DNA of 63,229 bases, the filler included, from Octopus bimaculoides (Eukaryota), in the NCBI RefSeq assembly GCF_001194135.2. It is 3 parts of 3 records of this genome, joined end to end, with 100 filler letters (N's around TTAATTAATTAA, not from the genome) between each part and the next. Parts side by side here need not be neighbours in the genome. Positions count along the whole stretch, not along the records: positions 1 to 28,109 come from NC_068989.1; positions 28,210 to 54,723 come from NC_069004.1; 1 more part is not named here. One strand, 5' to 3'. The notes under the pieces were generated by a model that ran no database searches, was not told the origin of the DNA, and saw only the letters and a list, made by a program, of their open reading frames with translations. Shown here piece by piece: positions 23,990 through 37,031 of this stretch. How positions within the stretch are numbered: the stretch's first letter is position 1; the number at the start of each line of letters is the position of its first letter. The position numbers were made by a program, and so were the translations under genes.

Positions 23990-25310
23990 TTATCTTTCCC
24001 TACCTCTCTCTCTCCTCAGCAAATGCCAGTTCGGCTTCTACTGAGCCAGATCCGCTAGAAATTTCACTCACCAGTGGGTTCTGATTTGTATTGAACGGGT
24101 TCCGTACGTGAAGATACTAAAACAAAATTGTCAGCCCCAGGAAGAATAAGCAATCTCTTCTCATTTAAAATCTTGTACATGCAGAGTCTAGAGGAATGAA
24201 ATCTCGGAATGTCTGCAAGGCACTTCGGGGTAAGTGCGCTTTCGCTTTTGAAGTTCAGTGAAAGCAATGTTGTTGCTCTAGATATTAGTAAAGCCTTTAA
24301 TCATGTCTGGCATGTAATTCTGTCATAACTTCCTGCCTACTGGCTTCACCCATCTCTCATCTCTTGGCTCGGAAGCTTCCGGTTCATATGCACCATTACA
24401 GCATGTGTTGGCTAAGCTCTTTCTGCTCTTCTCTCAAGCAGCTCCAATGTTCCCCAGGGGTTTGGTTTTGTCCTCCACTTTCTTCCTTCTCTACATCAAT
24501 GGCCTATTTGCCACCTCGTTTAAACAACACCCACTCTTATGCAGACAACTCGACCCTTCATTTCTCTCTAATCTGATCATGCTCCGTTCACAAGGAACCT
24601 ACATCTACACTTGATTCATAATCGAAATCCTCGAGGGCATCCTCCTGCGGAGCCATGCAAATTTTGTCTCTTTAAACAACAAAAACTAAAACACTACTTA
24701 TATCAAGAAGAAAACATCACCACACCATGCCCACACTAATCCTTAGCGGCACTAATGCTGGACCTCACAATCACTGAGGATCTCTACTGGTGAAAGCACA
24801 TCTTTCGTATAGCTAGAACTGCTTCCCAAAGACAAACCTTTCTCTTTAAGGCTAGAAAATATTCCAGTCCTCAACAGCTGCTGAAAATCTACAATGCCAA
24901 AGTGAGCCCCGCAGTGAGATATTTCTTTCACATTCGGGATGCTGCTGCCGCTACGCGCCGCACACATTGTCCTGGAGTGGAATCAAAGAACAGCCAGTCA
25001 ATCAGTTTGCATTCAATAACTAAGAGACACGCGCCAGCCTCTGGTTCATTATTTCGCTTTTCTATCTCCGTTATAATGGCCTCTGCTCCTCGGAGATACT
25101 GGTCACATACCTCCACTACTCAGGCACTCACATCTGTACGTCTCTCTACGTCTCGTCTCCCTTGCTTTATTCTCTCTCCGGTTCCACACTAACCTCTATT
25201 CTAAATCTTTCCACATAACATCAGCTGTTTTGCATCTCCCGCTCATGTATTTGCTGCAAATGTTGACCTGCAATAGTTTAAACATTAACTGCTTCAATCT
25301 CACCAGTTTT
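23990..25310 (+). mobile_element. CR1/Jockey-like LINE, 3' ~1.3 kb, degenerate
   Basis: ALDISKAFNHVWH, PRGLVLSSTFFLLYING and HSYADNSTLH (YADD-like), followed by the C-terminal NLYSKSF region. Confidence 0.85.
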
Positions 25311-25470
25311 AGAGAAGGGCACGCGCACTGCCCTTTCTCAAGACTGATACACACAAAAAATCCAGACGTGTGTATATATATGTGTCTACCTACACACACG
25401 TACACTTATATAGACATATAAACACTGAAAATACGTTTCATCCTACTTGTTAATATGTGTGTATAATATA

Positions 25471-26682
25471 TTGGGTTGGCCAAAGCGTCCGTTCGGTTTT
25501 AAGTAAAATAAGACACAAGTTTTAAGCACAAAGCAATTTATTCCATCAATGGTATAATTCCCTTTGTTCCATTACGTTCTGACATCTTGTGGGCAGATTC
25601 ATTATTCCCCCGCTTGAAGAATTTTCTGTCTTTTCTAGCGAAAAACTCTTCAGGGAGAATTTTTACACTTTTTTCAGAGTTGAAAGTCTGCCCATTCAAT
25701 AAATTTTGAAGAGACCGAAATAGGTGGAAATCTAAAGGCGCAAAGGTGGACGAATATGGAGGGTAAGGCAAATCTTCCCAGGTAAGCCCCAATAACATCT
25801 GCTGCGTTTGCAAAGATGGGTGAGGTTTAGCATTGTCGTGTTGAAAAATAATGCCCTTATGATTAGCAATTGCTGGAGACTTCTGGCTGCGTTTAATTTG
25901 TCCAGCTGATCACAGTACACATCTAAAAAGATGGTTCTGATCGTGAGAAGAAGCTCGTAAAAGCCAACACACTCAATCCCACCAAATTGAAAGTATAAAC
26001 TTCGTATGAAATCTTGCTTTGGAGATTTTTGTGGTGGTTTATCCTGCTACCCCCATGATCGTTTGCGCTTCATATTGCTAAAGACGATCTATTTTTCGTT
26101 CTCTGCCACCATTCTCTTTGAAAAAGAATCGCAGACAGAAAACCGTTGGGTGAGATTAGCTTCATTCAGTTGAGGTGGGACCCAAACTTCGAGCCTACTG
26201 ACGTACACAAGTTGAATCAACGGTTTTCAGCACTCAATTTGGAATTTGGGGAATGAATATCTGCGATCATCCCGTTCGTATAATGGAGACTACTGTCGCT
26301 GTTAATCTCAATTTGCCGGTCAGATTGAGGTGCATCTTGAGCAGAAATATTTCCCGATTGAAACCATGAAAACCATTTCTGACACACACGTTCCGCAACG
26401 GCATCCTTACCGTACACAGCACATATCTTCCTGAAGGTTTTCACCGTTCTTTTTTTTTAATAAAAAGAAAAGTACGAGATATCAATGATGTTCGTTCTGA
26501 TTCTCCATTTTGCGGTTGATCCCAAGCACACAAAATACAACTTGTCTCATGGCAATTCACATCGAACTACATTGAAGTGCTTAGTATCTAGCAAGTGCGC
26601 ATGTGAAAAGAACATATTGAAGTTAGCTACTTATAAGAGTGCTTAAAGTTTAGCGTCGACAAAAGCCGAACGGCCAACCCAG
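25471..26682 (-). mobile_element. Near full-length mariner transposon with pseudogenised transposase
   Basis: TA|TTGGGTTGGCC...CCAACCCAG|TA termini; HTH RKICAVYGKDAVAERVCQKWFSWFQSG; WEDLPYPPYSSTFAPLDFHLFRSLQN (YSPDLAP-like). Confidence 0.93.
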
Positions 26683-27107
26683 TATATTTATGCAAATATA
26701 AGAAAGACGAAACAATGTGAAAAGTTAAGGAAACTATTATCTAAGGTACTTATCCTCTGATTTAAGTTTAAGAAATTGTTGCTAAGGAAACGCACTTCAG
26801 CGACACATTAGGTGTCACGGATATATTTGTAGAGAAACATTCTGCGAAACAAAATTCACAAACATAGAATAAATGAGTTATGCACAGGTTAACATTAAGA
26901 TTAAATTTGCGAACCCGGGAAAGATTGCTGGGAGCCCGAATTTGATTTGGTCTCGTACCACCAGCGTTTATCCAGAAGAATGTCACGATCAAATCTGTTA
27001 CCAAGTTCAAGTGCAATAACATTGCTTTCATTGAATGTCTTGGGTTAGAGCTGACTGTGACACAGGAGAGCAGATCTTCAGTAATTCAGTGATTGAGTTA
27101 TTGAGGA

Positions 27108-27151
27108 GTGAGAAAGAAAAAGAGAGAGAGAAAGAAAGAGAGAGAAAGAGA

Positions 27152-27236
<85 letters not shown>
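27108..27236. repeat. (GA)n microsatellite
   Basis: Directly visible. Confidence 0.95.
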
Positions 27237-27238
<2 letters not shown>

Positions 27239-27244
27239 AAGAGG

Positions 27245-27830
27245 TTCAAACTATTGGAGAAAGTATTTATTAATGTTTGCTTCCATCACCTTTGAAATAT
27301 TGGAAGTGGAAGCGGTAGGTCAATCATTGCCAGTGCCAAAGACGCTGCTCTCGGAAATGAAACATAATGTAACACGTTTCCACGGTCGGTAGAGAGAAGA
27401 ATTGAAAGTCTTGGAACGGATAACGGATAGCTGATTGGAAGTGTTGAGACTTGAGGATTAAAGACGGGACTTTTTGGCGGAATTTCAACGAGTAAGTATG
27501 CAACTTAAGTTAAGAAAAATCAAACAGCAAACGTAGATTTTCCCTCAGAAGAATCCTTTATGGAGCAGTCACGGCGGAAGAGTGGTTAGTAAGAAGATTC
27601 CAAAAAGTTTGTAGTGTTACTTTTGGTAAAGGACTCTAAGGTCTAGCTGCAATTTAGGAGAGCAGAAGATTTTGCAGGTTTTGTGGTGCACGAAGTTTAA
27701 TTTTCTTTACGGATGGTAGTCTTGCATGAGCTGTGGTGATGGGTAAGTTTCTCTGAGTGTTGTAGGTCGCTGCGTGTGAACCAGCTGGCTGGTTTGGGTT
27801 TATGCATTGTATGATGGATATGAAGAGAAA
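27245..27830 (-). mobile_element. Decayed CR1/Jockey-like LINE fragment (EN-RT linker region)
   Basis: Minus frames give KPASWFTRS...KSNTTNF...PLF...SSEGKSTFA, resembling the PWF...NF..S..PPL...S.EKANLF pattern. Confidence 0.45.
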
Positions 27831-28070
27831 AGGCCCAGGAGGATGTAAATCAATAAAGTAAAAATAGTAACAATGATTTCAAGTAGAATCGATAATCAGC
27901 ATGGGAAATAATGTCAAAGTAGAACTAGTAGGCAAAAATCAAGAAAAAAAATAATAAAACAGCAAAAAAAAAAAAAAGAAGCAAACTATAATCTATTGAG
28001 CAGTTTTAAGGATTGAGTATGGATAATTGATGTTCAATTCTGTAATGCGAAACTACACACACACAGACAC

Positions 28071-28103
<33 letters not shown>

Positions 28104-28109
28104 TATATA

Positions 28110-28209
28110 NNNNNNNNNNNNNNNNNNNNNNNNNNNNNNNNNNNNNNNNNNNNTTAATTAATTAANNNNNNNNNNNNNNNNNNNNNNNNNNNNNNNNNNN
28201 NNNNNNNNN
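28110..28209. other. Artificial 100-bp scaffold join
   Basis: Exactly 44 N + TTAATTAATTAA (stops in all six frames) + 44 N; identical to 54724-54823. Confidence 0.95.
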
Positions 28210-28944
28210 CATATAATCAAATGTATCCTTATTTAAATGGTGGAGTATTTATTTAGACAATGTATCTAGGACTACATTATCTAATGTGTTCTTCATCTTT
28301 TTTTAAGATGGTAGCTGGAATGTTATTTGAGGGAATTTTGGCTACTATTTCATCATCTTGGCTGATTTTGGACTTGATTCTCTGTCAGTACATATGTATT
28401 CACCATAGAATTCTATGGGTGATTTAACAAATTGCCAATGTGTATACCAAAAAATTTATATAGACAGCTGTGTTTTGGCTAATTCTTTAGCCTCACATTA
28501 GTAACACATTGCACATGGCTGTCTATATTAATGTAGGTGTTCTAACACCCTAGTCATATTTAGTTACTATTATAGTTTTCCTTTTTGGTTACACATTGCA
28601 TATGACTGTCTACATTATTTTATACTTTATTTAAAAGCAGCAGAAATATAACAAAAGCTCGTTCGACAGACAGGTTTTGTTAAAATAGAACAGAAATAAC
28701 GATATAATCAAAACTAGTTAAAGGAAACATCTTTAAAAATGGATTTGTTTCATTGGTCCTTTCAATTAGCAGTCTTAAGCATGCAATGGACAAAATAAAT
28801 GAATTCAGTATAAATTCATCCTATTATAAAATCAAAGAAAACCTTAAATCGAAGAGTGAATTCAAAATACACATTGAAACAAATCCATTTTTAAAGGGGC
28901 GAAGCAGAAAGGAAGAAGTTTGCCAATGTTCTGCAGTGTGAGGA

Positions 28945-30530
28945 CCAGCGGCTTGAAGTATTTAGGTTTGCAAGACAATGTGCCAGGGAAAATTGTGATG
29001 CTGTGCGAGAAAAGTGTATTCGCATGGATGATGGTTCACTTGTAGTTTGTGACACTGCAAAGAAAGAGGTTTGGAAGTGCCACTATGGAAGGCTACTAAA
29101 TATAGAGAACTCATGGGAGAAGGAGAGCCTGCCTAATGTTGATCCAACAGAGGGACCAGTAATCCCCAAAAACAGTAGCATTGTAAACAAAGCCATGAAT
29201 GATATGAAGATGGGGAAAGCCTTCAGCCCATCAAGAATAATCGCTGAGATGCTTAAAATATCTGGCAGTGTGGTGTCTATGTTTAGTTATTCAGGTGGTA
29301 CACAAAGGAGTCATACCCAATGACTGGTGTAACAGGACTATAGTCAACTGCTACAAAGGTAAAGGTGATGCCTTAGATAGAAATAATTACAGATGTATCA
29401 AATTGTTGGATCAAGTGATGAATGTCATGGAGAGGGTCATAGCCCAACTAATTAGGGAGAATTAGTCTATGTGAGATGCAAGTTTGGTTTTGTGCCATGG
29501 AGAAGCACCACTGATGTTATATTTCTGGTAAGGTGGCTGCAGGAGAAGTACCTAGCCAAAAATAAACCTCTGTACTTGGCTTTTGCTGACATGGAGAAAG
29601 CCTTTGACACAGTCCCCCAATCCCTTATCTGGTGGCCAATGTGGAAACTAGGGAAACTACCTGCACTTCCTAAAAATATATTATCTGGTGGTCAGTGAGG
29701 AAACTAGGGATAGTGGTTGGTGAGAGCTGCAAAAGCCATGTACAGAGATGCAGTCAATAAGGTGAGGGTTGGCAATGAGTATAGCGATGAATTTGAGGTA
29801 CAAATAGGGGTTCACTAAGGATTAGTCTCAGCCCCTTCCTGTAATTTAAGACAGGCTGCCCCTAGGAGCTCTTCTATGCTAATGACCTTGTTCTTATAAC
29901 TGAATCACTACCAGAACTAGAGAAGAAATTTCAGGTGTGGAAGCAAGTGCTAGAATCAAAGGGGCTTAGAGTTAACCCAGCAAAAACCAAAGTCTTAGTC
30001 AGTAGGAAAGCAGACAAATCACAAATCCCCTCAGGTAGATGGCCCTGCTCAATCTGTAGGAAAAGCGTAGGTAGAAATTCCATAAGAGGTGCAACAAGTG
30101 TGTGGAAGGTGCACAAGTACAATAAACACTAAAAATGTACAGAAAATAGTCTCCATCAAATGCCAGTGAGGGTAAGCTAGAAGTTGGTAACTTCCGTAAT
30201 CTAGGTGACCAAGTCAATAGCAGTGGTGGATGCTCCGAGAGCGTAACTGCAATAATAAAAATAGGTTGGACAATATTCAGAGAACTCCTGCCTCTATTGG
30301 CAACAAAGGGCCTCCAACTCAGACATGAGATGAGGTAGTGAAGCATGATCTTCGAATGTTGGGCTTCACAGAGGCAATGACTAGCAAAGCGAGACTTTTG
30401 ATGATATGCCATGCTTGAGAAGACCTGTCGAGCCAAGTGAAATTGCAGTCGTGGCTGATGCCAGTGTTACATAACTGGCTCCTGTGCTGGTGGCAAGTAA
30501 AAAGCACTTTTTGAGTGTTGGAGTCTCAGA
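28945..30530 (+). mobile_element. RTE-clade LINE, degenerate RT region
   Basis: IPNDWCNRTIVNCYKGKGDALDRNNYRCIKLL, FGFVPWRSTTDVIFLVRWLQEK, FADMEKAFDTVP, ELFYANDLVL; an internal deletion precedes the 3' part. Confidence 0.93.
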
Positions 30531-31126
30531 GAGATAATGTGGCCAATGCCTGTATCGTGTAGCTAGCACCTGTGCAAGTAGCACATATCAGGGGAGAGAA
30601 GGAAACAGGAAGAGACAGACAGGAAACTGAAACAATAATACTATAGATAAGGTCTTTCATTTTCTTCCATACATGAATAGCCTGTTGAAGGAAATGTCAT
30701 GGCATAATGAGGGTGGCTGATATCAGCAAAGGTGGGGAGACAGGAAGAGACAGAGGGACAGGGAATGTGAGAGACAGCAAGAACGATAGAGAGGGACAGA
30801 ACATGAGAGAGAGAATGTGTTTACTGGAGGGAAGAGCGAATTTTAATACTTTGTTCTTTATTTTTACCTTTCACTTAACGCATACACTTTAGGGAATTAA
30901 CTATCATATTGACATCGAAATTATGCGTAGTGAACAGTTATCACAAGCAGCTGTTACATGGTAGCAGCGCATGCTAGAGATGACAGCCAAATCTTTACTT
31001 TTCTGGGGAAAGGAGCACAGTGCAGCTCAGTGGTGATGAAGAAGCTGGAACTTTCTCTTGAAAGCTATGGATGTTGGTAAAGGCACTGATTGGTGGACAG
31101 GGTGGCTAGATTAGTTAGCCTTTTGA

Positions 31127-31817
31127 ACATAATGTATCGGATATACAGAAACTAATGGCTACAGTGTTTCCAAACCTGGGGATTCAATTTAAAGACCAAA
31201 CCTAGTTGAAAACACATGCCATCTTAGCACCACAGAATGTGGCAGTGGATGATTTGAACATCAAAGTCCTGGATCAGCTGCCTGGTGAGCATTGTAGCTA
31301 TAAGTCAATTGACTCTATGCTCAACTCCAATGAAGTTGTCAACTAGCCCACTAAATTTTTGAATACACTGGTGCTAGCAGGCCTCCCACTTCACAACTTG
31401 CACCTCAAGATTGGTGCACCAGTGATGCTTTTAAGAATTCTAGACTTATACAAGCTTTGCAATGGCACACAATTTACAATCAAGAAGATGATGCCAAGAG
31501 TCTTAGAGATGACCATTCTCACTGGTAAAATTAGTGGTGAGGTTGTCTTTAGACCATGTATTCCACTGATTCCTTTTAACGTGCTATTTGAGTTCAAGCG
31601 ACTGCAATTTCCTGTAAAAGTGAGTTTTGCAATGACCATAAACAAGGCCCAGGGACAGTCCTTGGAGGTGGTAGGCCTAAACCTTGCAGAATCTGCTTTT
31701 TCTAATGGCCAACTGTATGTAGAATGCTCAAGAGTTGACAATCCAAATCATTTGTTTATTCATGCTTCAGAGGGCAAGACTAAAAATGTAGCATATCAAG
31801 AGGCTCTACAACACTGA
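31127..31817 (+). mobile_element. Helitron RepHel C-terminal PIF1-like helicase fragment (pseudogene)
   Basis: HAILAPQNVAVDDLN, LHLKIGAPVMLLR, LCNGT, RLQFPVKVSFAMTINKAQGQSL, FSNGQLYVECSRV; two in-frame TAG stops upstream of 31359; no introns. Confidence 0.9.
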
Positions 31818-33122
31818 TAATAATTAACCATCAATTGTTTCATAGTCGCACATTGTCAATCGTCTCATCCTTCTAACCATCCAGCAATTCAACTTTGATA
31901 TTACCTTACCATTACAATCAATCAGTTTTATGATTCAACTGTATAACTTGCTAGTATTTGTAAATCTATTTCTAATTTAAATGGGAACTGAACAGGGAAT
32001 GGGATAAGGCATGAAACGGGAACTGGAAATAGCCCCCTGCTTTTATGGGTATTACTGGGNNNNNNNNNNNNNNNNNNNNNNNNNNNNNNNNNNNNNNNNN
32101 NNNNNNNNNNNNNNNNNNNNNNNNNNNNNNNNNNNNNNNNNNNNNNNNNNNNNNNNNNNNNNNTGTATATATATATATATATATCTGTATGTATGTTTCT
32201 TTGTGTTTGGAGAGGGGAAAGGTGGATAGGTTGATATATGTCAATATATTCAGTTGTCCTATAATATTTGGATTACATGTGATGTGATTTACATCACACA
32301 TACACATTCAGGCAGGCAGACAGACACACACACACATGCTGATTTATATTCTGGAACATAGTGGAAATGCCAGAAAGGAGAGAAAGATGGGGTGCGGGTG
32401 ACGATAGAAAGCAAAAACAAATATAGTAGGATTTGAAAGGGTGAGCAAATGAGGGAGAAAAACTATGAACATATACAGAGAGAGTAAACAGAAACTGATA
32501 GAAAACAAGATTTTGTGTGGCAGTGGGTGGGTGGGGGGAGTGTTGGCTCAGGGTGCAAGAGACAACTAATGAATGAATGAGATTGAGATGCATGGTAAGA
32601 GTGAAAATAAATCTGGAGGTGGGAAAAGAAAGGAAGAGAGAAAATATAAAAGAAGAAAGTGAGGGAATTGTTAAAGTGAAAAGTGGAAGTGACACAGAGG
32701 GAAAAAGAGAGAGAAAGAGGTTGGAAGAAGTGAGTGCTATAAATAAGGGAAGCTGTGGAGAGAGAACCAGATAGAATCTTTCAAATCAAAACTTAAGCTT
32801 CAGCAAATAAATTTGATATATTCTGAATGTAAATTAAAATTTAAAAAAAAGGATAAAACTCCAGGCATTTTAAAAATCTTTTATTTAATGTTATTTGATT
32901 CTCATAAAAAACTTTCTTTTGCTTTTTTTACTTTTTCTTTAGTATTTCATCTATTTTTTTCCCTTCATTTTTCCATTTCTTTTTCTCTTCTCATCTCTTT
33001 TATCTGACATTGATGTTATCGTAGAAAAATGTTATTACAAGACACTATAGCAAAATTTATCAATCTGTTATTGATCAAAGATGTTTTACATCTATACATC
33101 AATTTTCTTTTTTCTGAAGGTA

Positions 33123-33600
33123 CGAGGCTTAGTAGTTAGGTCATAAGGTCATAAGTTTGATTCCTGGCTGCACATTGTGTCCTTGAGCAAGACACTTTAT
33201 TTCATGTTGCTCCAGTCCACTGAGCTGGTAAAAATGAATTGTACCTGTAATTGAAAGAGCCAACCTTGTCACATTCTGTGTCATGCCAAATCTCCCTGAG
33301 AACTACATTAAGGCTACATGTGTGTCTGGAGTGCTCAGCCACTTACACATTAATTTCACAAGCTGGCTATTTTGTTGTTCAGATCAACTGGAACCCTCAT
33401 TGTTGTAACCGACAGAGTACCAGTTTTAACATCTGCAAACGAAGATTGCAGATATGGTTGTATTGACCGAGAGCTCTCTTTTACAACCACAGGGTTCTGG
33501 GTCCAATTTCATTGCAGCACCATGGGACAGGTGTCTTCTGTCAACAGTTCCAGTTAGTAGAATTTGGTTGACAAAAACTTTATGGAAGCCTGTTCTGTGT
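33123..33600 (+). mobile_element. Two adjacent SINEs (family E, then family D)
   Basis: GTCCTTGAGCAAGACACTTTATTTCATGTTGCTCCAGTCCACTGAGCTG is shared with 37860-38130; the family D head starts at ~33455. Confidence 0.7.
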
Positions 33601-34052
33601 GTTTGTGTATGAGACTTTGTACTTACTAGCAGCAGATGACCCCCTAAAAACTGTCAGTTTTGCTTTTGTTGTATGCCTCTATCTCCTCTACTCTACTGAA
33701 ATAAGCATCAGTTAAAACCTCTCTGAATCTATAACCAAAAAGACAGCTATTTCAACTTCCTCCTCTAAATCATCTTTTGTATCTAAGGTGAAGTAACCCT
33801 TATTTTGAAGTTGTTAACCACTAGTCAGTATTGGGAAGCATACTCTTCCCCTGGAAGGGCATGGCATTTAAAGCCATCTACCTAGCCCACTTTCTGATGA
33901 GAATAAAATCTACATTTCTTGTGTGCTCACCTGATTGTTAAGTGACCAGGTGACAGTAATTTCCTGAAGTTTTTGTTTCAAACCACTAGATCATTTGCAT
34001 TACAGAACTCTAGGAGTTATGGTACCCTTGTACCAAACCCATAACTGCCAAG

Positions 34053-34296
34053 CAGGGCCAGTTTCAAGCCAGTTAGACAGACTTGTTCAAATTGGGCCCG
34101 GCACTAAGAGAGGGCCTAGCACACATGCTCAAACAGGACACTATGATGAAATTTTTGTGTCAAGCCCTGAATGCTTTTTGGCTGGGACCAGTGTACTACA
34201 AGAAGAATAGAACATCAATCTTCAGCTTTTATAGAGTAGGGGCCTCCCACCTAGTAATTCTCTAATTAGACCCTGTACTTTATAGCACTGGCCCTG
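34053..34296. mobile_element. hAT-type MITE (244 bp)
   Basis: Perfect 10-bp TIR CAGGGCCAGT/ACTGGCCCTG; 8-bp TSD CTGCCAAG (34045-34052) vs CTTCCAAG (34297-34304). Confidence 0.85.
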
Positions 34297-34778
34297 CTTC
34301 CAAGTACTCCAGAAAATCCACCACAGTGTTGTCAAACATGTCCATTAAAATCATCAGTTATTGTCATGATAATGAAATTGTCATTTTGAGTTCCTTCTGC
34401 AAACCATCTAACAAATTAAGATGGTTTTGCTGAAGGAACTTGTGACAACAGTCCTGTTCATTCACCACAAACAACAAATAAACATCAAAACTACTGCCAT
34501 CACCATTGTTTACCATTATTGTCTCTTATTTTCTCTTTCTTTTTTCTCAGGTTTTTTTCTCTCTAACTCAGTATGTGAATGCTAATTTCTTCTCTTTCAG
34601 CCATCCCCTCCCTCTCTATTTTCTCCCCATTCACCATTATCAATACCAACATCATGTTACCTCCACCACCACAACCACCATCACCACCATATCTGACCAC
34701 TATCTTTTCACTCTATTTGAGTTACTTTCCTTAGCATAATGCAAATAGTAGCTACAAAGGAACAGTCTACATTTAGTA

Positions 34779-35431
34779 TTGGGTCATCTCGAAAATAATG
34801 CAGTTTTTTTTTTCAATTCCATGGAGGGGGACAGGACAATTTACCTGTATCTACTTACTATAAAAGCAGGTAGTAATTTTACCTTGTCCTTATTCTCAGT
34901 GCAAGTTTTAAAGTACAGTTAGATTTTAACAGTTATTTTTTCAAAGCTTTACAGCTTTGGAAGGGACAAAGGAGCATATTTTGCTTTAGGAGTTTAGTAA
35001 AGGCAACAACACAATGGAAAGTACAAGGAATATTAATGCAGTATATGGGGATCAGACAATAAGCGTAAGCCAGTGTCAAAGGTGGTTCCAGAAATTCTGA
35101 GCTGGAAGCTACAGCCTAGAAGACGAGCCTCATCCTGGAAGATCTGTAGAGCTCAATGAAGACATCCTGCAAACCCTGGTGGAACAAAATCCATTGTAAC
35201 TGTTGAGGAATTAGCAGAGAAGCTTGGATTTGGTCATTCAACCATTCATCTACATCTGCGTGCCATCGGAAAAGTCAGTAAATTCTGTCAATGGGTTCCT
35301 CAGAAACTTTCTGAGTCTAATCGTGCACAGAGAGTGAATGTGTACTCTTCTTTGCTGTCACGTATCACAAATGAAGCTTTATTGGACCGAATAGTGACTG
35401 GTGACGAGAAATGGGTTCTCTATAAAAATGT
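34779..35431 (+). mobile_element. Mariner transposon 5' half, truncated by N gap
   Basis: TA|TTGGGTCATC terminus; YGDQTISVSQCQRWFQKF, WVPQKL, LLDRIVTGDEKWVLY (first catalytic D). Confidence 0.92.
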
Positions 35432-35531
35432 NNNNNNNNNNNNNNNNNNNNNNNNNNNNNNNNNNNNNNNNNNNNNNNNNNNNNNNNNNNNNNNNNNNNN
35501 NNNNNNNNNNNNNNNNNNNNNNNNNNNNNNN

Positions 35532-35817
35532 CAGTGCCCCTGGACTGGCTCTTGTGCGGGTGGCACATAATATACACCATTATGAGAGTGGCCGTTGCCA
35601 GTACCACCTGATTGGCCTTCGTGCGGGTGACACGTAAAAGCACCCACTACACTCTCTGAGTGGTTGGTGTTAGGAAGGGCATCCAGCTGTAGAAACTCTG
35701 CCAAATCAGATTGAGGCCTGGTGTAGCCATCTGGTTCGCCAGTCCTCAGTCAAATCGTCTAACCCATGCTAGCATGGAAAGCGGACGTTAAACGTTGATG
35801 ATGATGATGATGATGAT
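35532..35817 (+). mobile_element. SINE family B with (GAT)n tail
   Basis: GGAAGGGCATCCAGCTGTAGAAA...CCATGCTAGCATGGAAAGCGGACGTTAAAC(GAT)n; at least 6 copies in the window. Confidence 0.88.
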
Positions 35818-36311
35818 ATTTGTGTTTCTCCCTCTATTTCAATAACTCACTGAGTTTAACCTTTAGCATCACACTTACAACCCCCTCCTTTTATATCTCT
35901 ATGTAAACAAGCGTTCTTATTCCTATAGCCCATGGAATAATATCATTGATCCCTTTATATCTCTATGTAAACAAACGTTCTAACGGTCACTGACCATGTA
36001 ACATCTTTGCTCGTAAGTTACCTCATCATTTCGTTTTTGTCTTGCTATTATATGTTTTATTATGAACTCCCTGAAGAGAAATATATGAGGAATCCCAGCA
36101 GCTCTTACTTCTTTGTGAAGGAGCTCTCATTTATTTTGAAACATGTGTAGGAATTAAAGGAACTTTTATTTAGATGCATTTTGCTCCATTTATTATTATT
36201 ATACATATNNNNNNNNNNNNNNNNNNNNNNNNNNNNNNNNNNNNNNNNNNNNNNNNNNNNATATATATTATGTATATATATATGTATATATATTATATAT
36301 ATACATATATC

Positions 36312-36930
36312 TGTCAGGGGCGTAGCCATCCCACTTATGCGTACCTTCCCTCATTGGACACTAAACTCCACTTGCGAAGACCTGTTGAGGCAAGTGAAAT
36401 CGAAATTGAACTAAATTCGACGACTGGCACCCATGCCAATGTATATGTATATATATATGTATATATATTATATATATACATATATCTGCCAGGGGCATAG
36501 CCATCCCACTTATGCGTACCTTCCTTCATTGGACACTAAACTCGGTTTGTGAAGACCTCTTGGAGTAAGCGAAAGCGAAATCATGATGGCACCTGTGCCC
36601 AGCGTCGCCTTCCTGGCACGTGTAAAGACATTCGGCAAAATCATTGCCAGTGCTGCTGGACTGGCTTCTGTGCAAGTGACATGTAAAATACACCATTTTG
36701 AGCGTGGCCATTGCCAGTACCGCCTGACTGACCTTTGTGCCGGTGGCACGTAAAAGCACCCACTACACTCTTGGAGTGGTTGGTGTTAGGAAGGGCATCC
36801 AGCTGTAGAATCTCTGCCAAATCAGATTGGAGCCTGGTGCAGCCATCTGGTTCACCAGTCCTCAGTCAAATCGTCCAACCTATGCTAGCATGGAAAGCGG
36901 ACGTTAAACGATGATGATGATGATGATGAT
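36312..36930 (+). mobile_element. SINE family B, long copy with duplicated 5' segment
   Basis: CAGGGGC(G/A)TAGCCATCCCACTTATGCGTACCTTCC occurs twice, at ~36315 and ~36490; (GAT)n tail. Confidence 0.85.
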
Positions 36931-37031
36931 ACATAATATATATGTATAACATATATATATGTATGTATATATTATATGTGTGTATATATATATATATATA
37001 TTGTATATATGTATTTATATATTTGTATACT

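Noticed and set aside
28154-28165. TTAATTAATTAA palindrome as a biological motif (also 54768-54779)
   Set aside because: Centred in exactly 44+44 Ns both times; it is a synthetic six-frame-stop linker.
31359-31817. Host PIF1 helicase gene
   Set aside because: Intronless, N-terminally truncated, with in-frame stops upstream and Helitron-type motifs.
35334-35431. SETMAR-like host gene
   Set aside because: No SET domain; a TIR and a premature stop indicate an ordinary mariner relic.
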